From the NCBI GenBank assembly GCA_002269645.1, contig NIVC01000847.1:63820-127819 (forward strand): a stretch of 64,000 nucleotides of DNA. Direction: 5' to 3'. Numbering within the stretch: position 1 is the stretch's first letter; each line of letters begins with the position of its first letter. The stretch comes from Macrostomum lignano. Taxonomy: Eukaryota. Positions 1-17,204 of the stretch are shown here, one piece after another. The notes under the pieces were generated by a model, which did not search any database, was not told the origin of the DNA, and saw only the letters and a program-made list of their open reading frames with translations. Made by a program: the position numbers and the translations under genes.

Positions 1-154
1 ATCAGGATTTTCGAGCAATTTGAGACCAGATTTGATGAGGCAATTATTTATTTACAATTGCGCTTGCTCTGTCACCATCTCCTCGGTTCTATCAGCTTAA
101 AATTTAAGTTTGATAGTTCTGTTAAGATTGCTGCATCATTGAATAGCCTGCTAA

Positions 155-790
155 GGTTGCAGCAGCCTGCCACGCGGTTTCAGGTGGGTTGCAGCAGCCT
201 GCCACAAATTTTCAGGAAGGTTGCAGCAGCCTGCCACAAATTTTCAGGTGGGTTGCAGCAGCCTGCCACAAATTTTCAGGAAGGTTGCAGCAGCCTGCCA
301 CAAATTTTCAGGTGGGTTGCAGCAGCCTGCCACACGATTTCAGGTGGGTTACAGCAGCCTGCCACACGGTTTCAGGTGGGTTGCAGCAGCCTACCACACG
401 GTTTCAGGTGGGTTGCAGCAGCCTGCCACACGATTTCAGGTGGGTTACAGCAGCCTGCCACATGGTTTCAGTGTGGGTTGCAGCAGCCTACCACACGGTT
501 TCAGGTGGGTTGCAGCCTACCACACGGTTTCAGGTGGGTTACAGCAGCCTGCCACGCGGTTTCAGTGTGGGTTGCAGCAGCCTACCGCACGGTTCAGGTG
601 GGTTGCAGCAGCCTACCGCACGGTTTCAGGTGGGTTGCAGCAGCCTACCGCGCGGTTTCAGGTGGGTTGCAGCAGCCTGCCACACGGTTTCAGTGTGGGT
701 TGCAGCAGCCTGCCACACGGATTCAGGTGGGTTGCAGCAGCCTGCCACACGGTTTCAGTGTGGGTTGCAGCAGCCTGCCACACGATTTCA
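155..790. repeat. Minisatellite, ~32 bp unit CAGGTGGGTTGCAGCAGCCTGCCACACGGTTT
   Basis: Direct tandem copies; explains the ORFs at 58-849. Confidence 0.95.
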
Positions 791-1644
791 CGTGGTTTCT
801 GCAAGAGGGCTTTGTCATAAAACTGTTGCAATCGTTTTTCAATAAATAGATAACACTGGCAGATAATACAATCAGTTGTTATTGTATCAAACACTGTACG
901 CTCGTATGTATATTGAAGTATAGTACGGCATAATATAAGTATGCAGTATAGGCAATGTCACTCAGGCATACTGGTTGTTGACTGTTGCATGCGTGCAGTA
1001 GCAGCAGCGTTGGCTGAAGCAGCAAAGAGCAGTCAGCGGCAGCAGAGACAGGGATGCAGGAAAATCCACAGATTGCGGCCGATTGAGCGCACGGATGGAC
1101 TTGGCCGGCGTGTGTTTTTTAATTATCATATTTAAAATCAATTACGGGTCAACCTGCAACTCCTGTCGGCTGCCCTGAGTCGCTGCTCTTCCCTGCTGTG
1201 CTCTGCGCCGACGCCTCCGCCTTGAATCGTCGCTGCCAGCCGTCTAAGCTGTCGCGATGAATAAATAAAACAAGGATGGGGCCAGTGCAGCACAGCACAG
1301 CAGCCGCCTCCAGTGACATTTTTAAATATTGCCATAACGCGTAAGTGTTATTTTTGTGTGCGGCAATATTTTTTTAGTATCGATTGAAATACTGCTTGTT
1401 AAACAATTCTGGCTGGCTATTCTTCCATAGTTAGACGATTTTCGTGTCCGATGGAAGAGCACGCCAGACTGAGCTCGGCTGTAAAAAATTGTTTAAAGAA
1501 AATTAAAATTTAAATAATCCTGTTTTCTAAGAATTATCCTGTCCTGTCAATCTCTAAGATTCGACCATGGTAATGTACTCTTTAAAAATCGCATATAATT
1601 AACCCACCTTTTCTTAGGGATTAATCCTCGATTAATTCTTCTTC

Positions 1645-2640
1645 ATAACAATCATCCTCGATTGATCCCTATTTATAACAATCGCCCAAGATGGAACCTC
1701 TCTCTAAGAATCGTCTACAATCGATTACTCTCTTGCGGTTGCCCAAGATCAACTCCTATTTCCAAGAATCGTCTATGATCGATCCCTCTTTCTAAGAATC
1801 GTCCGGAATTGATCCCTCTTTCTAAGAATCGTCAACGATCGATCCCTCTTTCTAAGAATCTTCCATGATCGATCCCTCTTTCTAAGAATCGTCAACGATC
1901 GATCCCTCTTTCTAAGAATCTTCCATGATCGATCCCTCTTTCTAAGAATCTTCCATGATCGATCCCTCTTTCTAAGAATCGTCCAGGATTGATCCCTCTT
2001 TCTAAGAATCGTTAACAATCGATCCCTCTTTCTAAGAATCGTTAACAATCGATCCCTCTTTCTAAGAATCGTCAACGATCGATCCCTCTTTCTAAGAATC
2101 TTCCATGATCGATCCCTCTTTCTAAGAATCGTCAACGATCGATCCCTCTTTCTAAGAATCTTCCATGATCGATCCCTCTTTCTAAGAATCTTCCATGATC
2201 GATCCCTCTTTCTAAGAATCGTCCAGGATTGATCCCTCTTTCTAAGAATCGTTAACAATCGATCCCTCTTTCTAAGAATCGTCCAGGATCGATCCCTTTC
2301 CTAACAATCATCCTCGATCGATCCCTGTTTTTAACAATCGTCCAAGATGGACACCTCTGTCTAAGTATCGTCTACAATCGATTACTCTCTTACAGTTGCC
2401 CAAGATCAACTATTTCTAAGAATCGTCCAATATCGATCCCTCTTTCTAAGAATCGTCCATGATCGATACCTCTCTAAGAATAGTCCAAGATCTCCTATTT
2501 CTAAGAATCGTCCATGATCATTCCTGTTTCTAAGAATCTTCCATGATCGATTCCTATTTCTAAGAATCGCCCAATATCAACTCTTATCTTTAGGAACTGC
2601 CCGTGATCGATCTCTCTTTCTAAGAATCGCCCAAGATTCA
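1645..2640. repeat. Minisatellite, 30 bp unit GATCGATCCCTCTTTCTAAGAATCGTCCAT, with degenerate flanks
   Basis: Tandem copies, core about 1775-2300. Confidence 0.95.
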
Positions 2641-2997
2641 CCCATCAATTCGATAAAGTCCGCTCAAACTGAATCGCAAAGTTCTTCCATTATGAAGAGA
2701 CCAATTCAAGCTTGAATGTTTATCTGGACACAAGCTCGTGAAAATTTACGTTTTTAGAATTAGATTAAAAATTTTGACATCAAAGCGCAATCAATCGTAC
2801 ATGTACATCATTATATTATTTCATCAGTTGCCTGTAGCCGCAATGCAAAGCACTGAATGTACATAGGTATTGCTTATTTTTAAGCTGTTAGCTTGCCGTT
2901 CGTTCTGCGTGTTCCTCTATCGATCGGCACTGATAGCTCACCTTTCTGCTGTCGCTACTCATTCTATTAGCTAGTGTTTAACGGTTTAGACGCTAGA

Positions 2998-3400
2998 GTG
3001 TGAAACTAAAGCTCTGATCTTGTGAAACTGGAGCTCTGATCTTGTGAAACTGGAGCTCTGATCTTGTGAAACTGAAGCTCTGTTCTTGTGAAACTGGAGC
3101 TCTAATCTTGTGAAACTGACAATCTGATCTTGTGAAACTGAAGCTGTGATCTTGTGAAACTGAAGCTGTGATCTTGTGAAACTGAAGCTGTGATCTTGTG
3201 AAACTGAAGCTGTGATCTTGTGAAACTGAAGCTGTGATCTTGTGAAACTGAAGCTGTGATCTTGTGAAACTCGAGCTCTGGTCTTGTGAAACTGAAGCTG
3301 TGACCTTGTGAAACTCGAGCTCTGGTCTTGTGAAACTGAAGCTGTGACCTTGTGAAAGTTGAGCTCTGATCTTGTGAAACTGAATCTCTGATCTTGTGAT
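2998..3400. repeat. Minisatellite, 22 bp unit TGTGAAACTGAAGCTGTGATCT
   Basis: Tandem copies. Confidence 0.95.
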
Positions 3401-3539
3401 GCAGGCCCTGTACCCACTTTTACTCTATTGAATCGCAACGCTCGATAAAAATAATCACTTCAGGGGAATTTTCGCCCGCACAAATTGGTATACAATATTT
3501 AATAATTCATTAGGCATAACATACTCCCGCTTACCGCAG

Positions 3540-6380
3540 ACATTGACGACATTGCCGCCGTTGTGAACGTCGACTTTCCCAACCAGCTGGAGGACTACAT
3601 TCATCGGATTGGCCGGACAGCTCGCAGTCACAAGAGCGGCACTTCTTATAGTTTTATTACTAATAAGCACATGAAACTGGCCAAGGAACTGATTAGCATA
3701 CTGCAGCAGGCCAAGCAGGAGGTTAATCCTAAGCTATTCAATCTCTGTGGCGCTAGTCAGGACTTTATGAGAGGTAATTGGAGTTTGCAGTTTTATTTAT
3801 TGGTATAGTTATCATAACACTTCAGCCCAAATACCATTGTTAGATGTCCTTGATCTTCGTTGTTAGATGTCCTTGATCTTCATTGTTAGATGTCCTGATC
3901 TTCATTGCTAGATGTCCTTGATCTTCATTGTTAGATGTCCTTGATCTTCATTGCTAGATGTCCTGATCTTCATTGCTAGATGTCCTTGATCTTCATTGTT
4001 AGATGTCCTTGATCTTCATTGCTAGATGTCCTGATCTTCATTGTTAGATGTCCTTGATCTTCATTGCTAGATGTCCTGATCTTCATTGTTAGATGTCCTG
4101 ATCTTCATTGTTAGATGTCCTGATCTTCATTGTTAGATGTCCTTGATCTTCATTGTTAGATGTCCTGATCTTCATTGCTAAATGTCCTTGATCTTCATTG
4201 TTAGATGTCCTGATCTTCATTGTTAGATGTCCTTGATCTTCATTGTTAGATGTCCTGATCTTCATTGCTAGATGTCCTTGATCTTCATTGCTAGATGTCC
4301 TTGATCTTCATTGTTAGATGTCCTTGATCTTCATTGTTAGATGTCCTTGATCTTCATTGCTAGATGTCCTTGATCTTCATCGTTAGATGTCCTTGATCTT
4401 CATTGTTAGATGTCCTTGATCTTCATTGCTAGATGTCCTTGATCTTCATTGCTAGATGTCCTTGATCTTCATTGCTAGATGTCCTTGATCTTCATTGTTA
4501 GATGTTCTTGATCTTCATTGCTAGATGTCCTTGATCTTCATTGTTAGATGTCCTTGATCTTCATTGTTAGATGTCCTTGATCTTCATTGCTAGATGTCCT
4601 TGATCTTCATTGCTAGATGTCCTTGATCTTCATTGCTAGATGTCCTTGATCTTCATTGCTAGATGTCCTTGATCTTCATTGTTAGATGTCCTTGATCTTC
4701 ATTGTTAGATGTCCTTGATCTTCATTGCTAGATGTTCTTGATCTTCATTGCTAGATGTCCTTGATCTTCATCGTTAGATGTCCTTGATCTTCATTGTTGA
4801 TGTCCTGATCTTCATTGCTAGATGTCCTTGATCTTCATTGTTAGATGTCCTTGATCTTCATCGTTAGATGTTCTTGATTTTCATTGTTAGATGTCCTTGA
4901 TCTTCATTGTTAGATGTCCTGATCTTCATTGTTAGATGTCCTTGATCTTCATTGTTAGATGTCCTTGATATTCATTGTTAGATGTCCTTGATCTTCATCG
5001 TTAGATGTTCTTGATTTTCATTGCTAGATGTCCTTGATCTTCATTGCTAGATGTCCTTGATCTTCATTGTTAGATGTCCTTGATCTTCATTGCTAGATGT
5101 CCTTGATCTTCATTGTTAGATGTCCTTGATCTTCATTGTTAGATGTCCTTGATCTTCATTGTTAGATGTCCTTGATCTTCATTGCTAGATGTCCTTGATC
5201 TTCATTGTTAGATGTCCTTGATCTTCATTGTTAGATGTCCTTGATCTTCATTGTTAGATGTCCTTGTTCTTCATTACTAGATGTCCTTGATCTTCATTGT
5301 TAGATGTCCTTGATCTTCATTGTTAGATGTCCTTGATCTTCATTGCTAGATGTCCTTGATCTTCATTGCTAGATATCCTCAATCCCATTGCTAGATATCC
5401 TCAATCCCATTGCTAGATATCCTCAATCCATTGCTAGATATCCTCAATCCATTGCTAGATATCCTCAATCTCCATTGCTAGATATCCTCAATCCCATTGC
5501 TAGATATCCTCAATCCATTGCTAGATATCCTCAATCTCCATTACTAGATATCCTCAATCCCATTGCTAGATATCCTCAATCTCCATTACTAGATATTCTC
5601 AATCCCATTACTAGATATCCTCAATCCCATTACTAGATATCCTCAATCTCCATTACTAGATATTCTCAATCCCATTACTAGATATTCTCAATCCCATTAC
5701 TAGATATCCTCAATCCCATTACTAGATATCCTCAATCCCATTGCTAGATATCCTCAATCCCATTACTAGATATCCTCAATCCCATTGCTAGATATCCTCA
5801 ATCCCATTACTAGATATCCTCAATCCCATTGCTAGATATCATTAGTCTTCATTAGCAGATATGATAGCTAATAAATAACAATGATAACCTTGCAGCTAAG
5901 GGTCAGCACGGACGCCGCTACGGAGGAGGCGGTGGTGGTGCCGGAGGCGGCTACGGCGGAGGCTACGGCGGCGCTGCTAATCGTTCAGCCGCTCCGCCTG
6001 CCGCCGCCGCCGCCGCTCCCGCTGCTGCCGCCGCGCCCTACAGCTACGGCGCCCAGCCAGCCGCCAGCTATTCTAACGGCAGCGCCGGCGCCGGCTACAA
6101 CGCCGCTCAGCAGCCGCAGCCTCTGATGCGTGGCCAGGGGGCTTCGGCGCCGTCGGCAAATTCGACAACTTCAGCTGCTGTAGCCGCCGCCGCTGCCGCT
6201 CTAGAGAAGCGCATTAACAATGGCGGCTATCAGCAGCAGCAGCAGCAGAGTATTGGAGCTGCTTTGCCGCAGCCCACGCAGCCGCAGCATGGCGGAGGCT
6301 ACCAAGGTTGGAGCGCCGCCGCCGCTGCGAATCCGGCGCCTCAGCAGCCGCAGAACTGGCCTGGTCAGCGTTGGAACTAA
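3540..6380 (+). CDS. DDX5: DEAD-box RNA helicase p68/p72 (DDX5/DDX17/Dbp2 family), last two coding exons; 5' part lies upstream of the window
   Basis: Exon 3540-3773 (ttaccgcag| ... G|gtaatt) reads (D)IDDIAAVVNVDFPNQLEDYIHRIGRTARSHKSGTSYSFIT...ELISILQQAKQEVNPKL, i.e. motif VI HRIGRTAR plus the p68-type tail. It splices in phase 1 to exon 5896-6380 (ccttgcag|), a Gly/Tyr/Ala/Gln low-complexity tail ending NWPGQRWN*. AATAAA at 6674 and 6759. DDX5 vs DDX17 cannot be resolved. Confidence 0.92.
3836..5840. repeat. Minisatellite filling the last DDX5 intron: 22-23 bp TTGTTAGATGTCCTTGATCTTCA switching at ~5370 to TTGCTAGATATCCTCAATCCCA
   Basis: Tandem copies with two related sub-arrays. Confidence 0.95.
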
Positions 6381-6758
6381 GCTGCCCAGTTCGCGGTCCG
6401 ATCTGATGAAGAGGGGTGGGGGTGTGTGTGTGTGTGTGGACAGCGAAGTTGTCAGCAATACATTTCCGTTTTAATTAACTAGTGTTATCTCTCCGTGTGT
6501 GTATGTGTTTTTCATGTGTTTAAAATCGGCAATGAAGTCCCTATTAGCCCAGTGACTTTGCTGCAGAGTAATAATATAAAGATCGGGCGGGAGCTCTTTT
6601 TAAAACTATATAAATAAGTTTCACTCTATATATACTACTAATTCTATTTTTAGTTGTCACGTGACGCCCAGCTAATAAACGTTTTATATTAAATATTATA
6701 TTATAAGTGTCGTCTGTTTATCATGTTCTATTATCTATAATTGTTCTGTTTCTTTTTA

Positions 6759-6764
6759 AATAAA
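6759..6764 (+). terminator. Polyadenylation signal of the DDX5-like gene (a second AATAAA is at 6674)
   Basis: AATAAA ~380 nt after the stop codon, followed by a U/GU-rich tract at 6781-6800. Confidence 0.55.
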
Positions 6765-6807
6765 AAATACTAATTTAGTACATTTTTATGTTTGTTTATT
6801 AATCAAG

Positions 6808-6821
6808 TTTTCCTTGCTTAG
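6808..6821 (+). promoter_or_regulatory. Unpaired 3' splice acceptor upstream of the first Scm exon (candidate trans-splice site)
   Basis: ttttccttgcttag| at 6821. I saw no convincing upstream donor or promoter space between it and the DDX5 poly(A) signal. Confidence 0.5.
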
Positions 6822-6877
6822 GAACTTCTCCTGTCGCCCCAGCCGCCGCCGTCGTCGCCTGCAAGTGTTGCAGTCTT

Positions 6878-11847
<4,970 letters not shown>

Positions 11848-12094
11848 GAACTGCAGCAGCATTTCATGTCAATTCCTGCTATTTTGTCCAGCTTATAATT
11901 CAATAGTCACTTGTGTTGTGCTCTTGTGCCGTCAGCCAAAGCCCCCAATTTGTTGCTTTTTGGGCTGCTTTTTTGCTTGTTTGTTTGTTCGTTTGTTCGG
12001 TGCAGTCTACCTCTGTGTGCTTTTTATTTAACTTGAATCTTTTGTAAATGCGTTTATCCAGAATTGCTGGTAGATGAGATAAGACAACATGGAA

Positions 12095-12945
12095 ATGTGA
12101 GATGGCACATTTCTAGACTGTGAGATGGGACATTTCTAGGCTGTGAGATGGGACATTTCTAGACTGAGGGATGGGACATTTCTAGACTGTGAGATGGGAC
12201 ATTTCTAGACTGTGAGATGGGACATTTCTAGACTGTGAGATGGGACATTTCTAGACTGTGAGATGGGACATTTCTAGACTGTGAGATGGGACATTTCTAG
12301 ACTGTGAGATGGGACATTTCTAGACTGTGAGATGGGACATTTCTAGACTGTGAGATGGGACATTTCTAGACTGTGAGTTGGGACATTTCTAGACTGTGAG
12401 ATGGGACATTTCTAGACTGTGAGATGGGACATTTCTAGACTGTGAGATGGGACATTACTAAACTGTGAGATGGGACATTTCTAGACTGAGATGGGACATT
12501 TCTAGACTGTGAGATGGGACATTTCTAGACTGAGGGATGGGACATTTCTAGACTGTGAGATGGGACATTTCTAGACTGTGAGATGGAACATTACTAAACT
12601 GTGAGATGGGACATTTCTAGACTGTGAGATGGAACATTACTAAACTGTGAGATGGGACATTTCTAGACTGTGAGATGGAACATTACTAAACTGTGAGATG
12701 GGACATTTCTAGACTGTGAGATGGAACATTTCTAGACTGTGAGATGGAACATTACTAAACTGTGAGATGGGACATTTCTAGACTGAGGGATGGGACATTT
12801 CTAGACTGAGGGATGGGACATTTCTAGACTGAGGGATGGGACATTTCTAGACTGAGGGATGGGACATTTCTAGACTGTGAGATGGGACATTACTAAACTG
12901 TGAGATGGGACATTTCTAGACTGAGATGGGACATATCTAGGCTAT
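12095..12945. repeat. Minisatellite, 23 bp TGTGAGATGGGACATTTCTAGAC
   Basis: Tandem copies. Confidence 0.95.
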
Positions 12946-13653
12946 AAAGCTCACCGTATTTAACCTGACAAGGATAGCTAAAACTCTCTGGACTTACGGT
13001 AGTGTTTGGACTAGAAGCACCCCCCCTTCAGCAGTCCCAGCCTGACAACTGAAATCATCATGTTAATTCGCTGCTGCTAGCGGACCTAACAAATTTAGTG
13101 GCTGTATATCTTTCCCTTGTTAACAATTCAATATACCTGTGCAGCTAACCGAAGCGTTTTATATACCTTTTTTGTTGGTCATATATTTTTTACACTAACT
13201 GCCGGTGAATCCAAGCTTGTCTCGCAATCTCACGCTTTTTTGCGTAAAAGTCTCATTCATGTCCGTCTGTCTTTACCGAGCTTACAATCCTTAGTTACTA
13301 TGCAATGTATTAATGTTTACTATTATTCATACTCGTGTAATATTACTGTACTAACACACTGTTGGCTGGGACACTGTTGCTCTCTCTCTCTATCGATATC
13401 GGTTTTTTCCTGTACAGACTTTTTTGTGTATTTAATACACACTCGCGTGTATTTAAATAAAAAACTGATTCTACACAATTTTAAAAACAATATAATATAC
13501 TCCAGAAGTTTGAGTCATTCTAGACTTTGCGCGTCTCATTTTTTCTTTCGACTTGGTTTTTAATTCATTTTTTCCAGTCGTGCGCGTTTTATCCTACTGA
13601 TACATTTATTAAGTAGGCATGCAACGCGTTTTTTGCAGTAGCTAGGTAGTTAT

Positions 13654-13950
13654 GGGTTATGTCGTCTAGTGGTCAGAGCATCAGACTAGCGACTTGAAGG
13701 TCAGGGGTTCGATTCCAGATCCCACTCGGAACAATTTGTGTCCTTGAGCAAGACACTTAACTCTGCATTGCGCCCAGTTCTGCTGGGGAAATGGAGGCAG
13801 TGTGTCCTTGAATGAAGGCCCCCAGTCCTTGGACTGAACAGCCGTACGCAGCCTTCAGATGCGCCGCGCAATAGCTGCGGCTGAGCTGTCGGTTGCACAT
13901 CTGGCCCAATTGGGGCAAGTGTAATCAATTGGTATTTTTGTTGTTTTTAT
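13654..13950 (+). mobile_element. tRNA-derived SINE with a CORE/Meta-like central domain
   Basis: A-box-like TAGTGGTCAG, B-box GGTTCGATTCC (13706-13716), then TGTGTCCTTGAGCAAGACACTTAAC...CAGTT...AAATGG resembling conserved SINE central domains. T-rich tail. TAGGTAG occurs on both flanks. Confidence 0.75.
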
Positions 13951-15034
13951 TAGGTAGCATGACTTTATAATTTGGCCCATCCGGGTGAAGTCAGCAGCAT
14001 CTTGCTCATGTCTGCTCAGTTATGAAGCGCAGGGCCATCTAGAAGTCATAAATGTTTTAGCTAGAAGCCTTATACTGTTGACAGAATTTGAGATAATAAA
14101 ATATGAGCATGCCGGGGCATTTTTGGGATTGGGTGGAGCACCGCTCCTGCTGCTGCCTGTCTCCAATTCATAAAAACTTTACCATCGGACTGAATCTACA
14201 TGTTCGCGCCAGATGCGAGTCTACTTTAAAAGCCGACTTTCTCTTTAGTTGTCTCCTACTGACTCTTCAAGCCGCAATCTCTCGGTCCTTCTGTTTCTGC
14301 TTTCCGTGATCGCCTCGGCTTTGGCCGGGGCCCCCAGTTGTCAGCGGTTATTTATGACTGCGAAATTGGCCTCCGGGGCGGGTCCATTAGTCTCGGGGAT
14401 TTTAGGTCTCTGGCGGCCCGCTGAGACTGCCCCGGCCCTGATGGGAAGTGACAGTGCCCCTGCTGGGTCCCCCCGGTAAATCACTTGAAGTGAGTGGTCG
14501 GAGATTTCTGCGAGCCTCCTGGAGCAGAAGTTTTATTGCCTATAGGCTGCTGCTGCCGCTGCTTCAATTAAATTGTCTCAGAGGCCTCGTTGGGCCATCG
14601 GTTTTTCCAACTAATTCGCCCTGCTAATGACTCCCTGCCAACATCAAAAGACCTTCTGTTTCGAGTCCATTAAGAGCTCTCTCCGCCCACCTCCCCCAAG
14701 GGGTGGCTCTGTTGGTGTGGGAACTGGGAACTGCATGGCTGGCTGAGAAAGGCAAAGGAGAAGCTGATCAAGCAGCTTTTTTGTGTCGGGGTGGCGGGCA
14801 CACAGGCAAAATGGCTGTGGCAGGCAGAGCGGGCAAAAGACGGCCTCTTATCTGACGGTTGCTTCTCAGCAGCAGTTTGGCAAAATATCGGCCTCAGTGC
14901 CTTAGCAACAAGGTGAGAACTTGGCAGTTCGAGCAGTCTGATTTAACGAGTTTATTCTGATGAGCCGAAAATGCACATAGTCTGATTGAGTAAATTTAAT
15001 TTATTACAGAACACCTTTCTGTAGGCATAATAGC

Positions 15035-16098
15035 AATCCATTCTATTCATTGGTGTAGGCTAGATTAGCAATCCATTCTATTCCTTATTGATGCAGGCTA
15101 GATTAGCAATTCATTCTATTCCCTTATTGATGCAGGCTAGATTAGCAATCCATTCTATTCCTTCATCATTGATAGGCTAGATTAGCAATCCATTCTATTC
15201 CTTCATCATTGATGTAGGCTAGATTAGCAATCCATTCTATTCCTTCATCATTGATGTAGGCTAGATTAGCAATCCATTCTATTCCTTCATTATTGATGTA
15301 GGCTAGATTAGCAATCCATTCTATTCCTTCATCATTGATGTAGGCTAGATTAGCAATCCATTCTATTCCTTATTGATGCAGGCTAGATTAGCAATCCATT
15401 CTATTCCTTATTGATGCAGGCTAGATTAGCAATCCATTCTATTCCTTCATCATTGATGTAGGCTAGATTAGCAATCCATTCTATTCCATCATTGATGTAG
15501 GCTAGATTAGCAATCCATTCTATTCCTTCATCATTGATGCAGGCTAGATTAGCAATCCATTCTATTCCTTCATCATTGATAGGCTAGACTAGCAATCCAT
15601 TCTATTCCTTATTGATGTAGGCTAGATTAGCAATCCATTCTATTCCTTATTGATGCAGGCTAGATTAGCAATCCATTCTATTCCTTCATCATTGATGTAG
15701 GCTAGATTAGCAATCCATTCTACTCCTTCATTATTGATGTAGGCTAGATTAGCAATCCATTCTATTCCATCATTGATGTAGGCTAGATTAGCAATCCATT
15801 CTATTCCATCATTGATGTAGGCTAGATTAGCAATCCATTCTATTCCTTCATCATTGATGCAGGCTAGATTAGCAATCCATTCTATTCCTTCATCATTGAT
15901 AGGCTAGATTAGCAATCCATTCTATTCCTTCATCACTGATGCAGGCTAGATTAGCAATCCATTCTATTCCTTCATCATTGATGTAGGCTAGACTAGCAAT
16001 CCATTCTATTCCTTCATCATTGATGCAGGCTAGATTAGCAATCCATTCTATTCCTTCATCATTGATGTAGGCTAGATTAGCAATCCATTCTATTCCTT
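15035..16098. repeat. Minisatellite, 36-42 bp TAGGCTAGATTAGCAATCCATTCTATTCCTTCATCATTGATG
   Basis: Tandem copies with 3-bp length variants. Confidence 0.95.
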
Positions 16099-16674
16099 GG
16101 CCTTTGAGCTACTTTACGCTCGTACGTACCAATTATTAAAACAGTTTTTTGGCAGATTCAATAAATATCTTTGTTATAACCCCTATATGGCAAGTTCAGC
16201 TTTTTCAAATTCAAAATTCAATAAAACTGCTAAAAAAGTGAATGCTCTTTTGATAAAGCTCGCACATTCAAATTTCAATAGACTCAGTTTCCATGCCCGG
16301 AGCCGGAGTCAGAAGGCTGTAATTATGCCAATAAAAACTGACTCAAGAAAGCTTCAAACAATGTGTCGTTGAAATGCAAGGCCTAGAAAAACTCTCAATA
16401 TGGCATACGGAAGCTCCCAGGGCTTCAACAATGGCGGCGCGGTTGCTTCGCCTCGAGCAGCTGCCCTCCCCTCAGCCTCGCGAAAATTGACAGGTAGTTG
16501 TTGTTGCAGAGACCTGCTTGCGTGCGGTTGCACATGATAAGAATTGGCTTTATTGTAGTAAGTTATTCTCTCTTTAGCCGATGGGCGTGCCCGAGCCAAT
16601 TCATTGTGTCATGCTGTACGCTCATTATTCCACGCTTAGGAATCATTATTTTAGGCTTCTAAAAATACATTCAT

Positions 16675-16805
16675 GAGACAATGTGTTTGTGTATATGGTT
16701 TTGTCATAGACAATGATAAATTTTAGTCACTCGTGGCTTCGCCACTCGTGAAAAATTTATCATTGTCTACCTCCAAAACCATATACACAATCTATCATTG
16801 TCCCC
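16675..16805. mobile_element. Palindromic (foldback/MITE-like) element
   Basis: Paired arms TTGTGTATATGGTTTTG/CAAAACCATATACACAA and TAGACAATGATAAATTTT/AAAATTTATCATTGTCTA around CACTCGTGGCTTCGCCACTCGTG. Confidence 0.65.
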
Positions 16806-17204
16806 CTCTATGGATCCGGGCTAATCAAGTCTGTCTATGGTATTTCTTCCTTTTCGCATACCTGCTTGGTTGCTAAGCTGCCGCCCTGACTGATTGTCGG
16901 CATTTGCTCCACTCGGCTAGCAAAGTGTGCGAGTTAACTCCGGGGGGGAACTTTATACTTTATCACCAGCAGTGATCAATTATTGAATAAGTTATTACGA
17001 GGCATTCGGTTTGATTATAATTGCAGGTTTGTGAACAGACTTGGGTATTGCTAATTTTAATGAGCAAGTGGGGCATGCTTTGGGAGATTTCCGACGGCAA
17101 CTTTTAGTCTCTGTGTGTTTTTAAACGAATTTAAAGCAGGCAGAGAATTGAAATCAAAGTTATGAATTTCTGTGAAGCATCTCTGAATTTCGGTTACGAG
17201 CTTA

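Noticed and set aside
1453-1462. GGAAGAGCAC match to the Illumina adapter
   Set aside because: Only 10 nt match and the flanks diverge; consistent with chance.
13654-13725. tRNA gene
   Set aside because: A/B boxes are present but no convincing acceptor stem or cloverleaf, and it continues into a SINE body.
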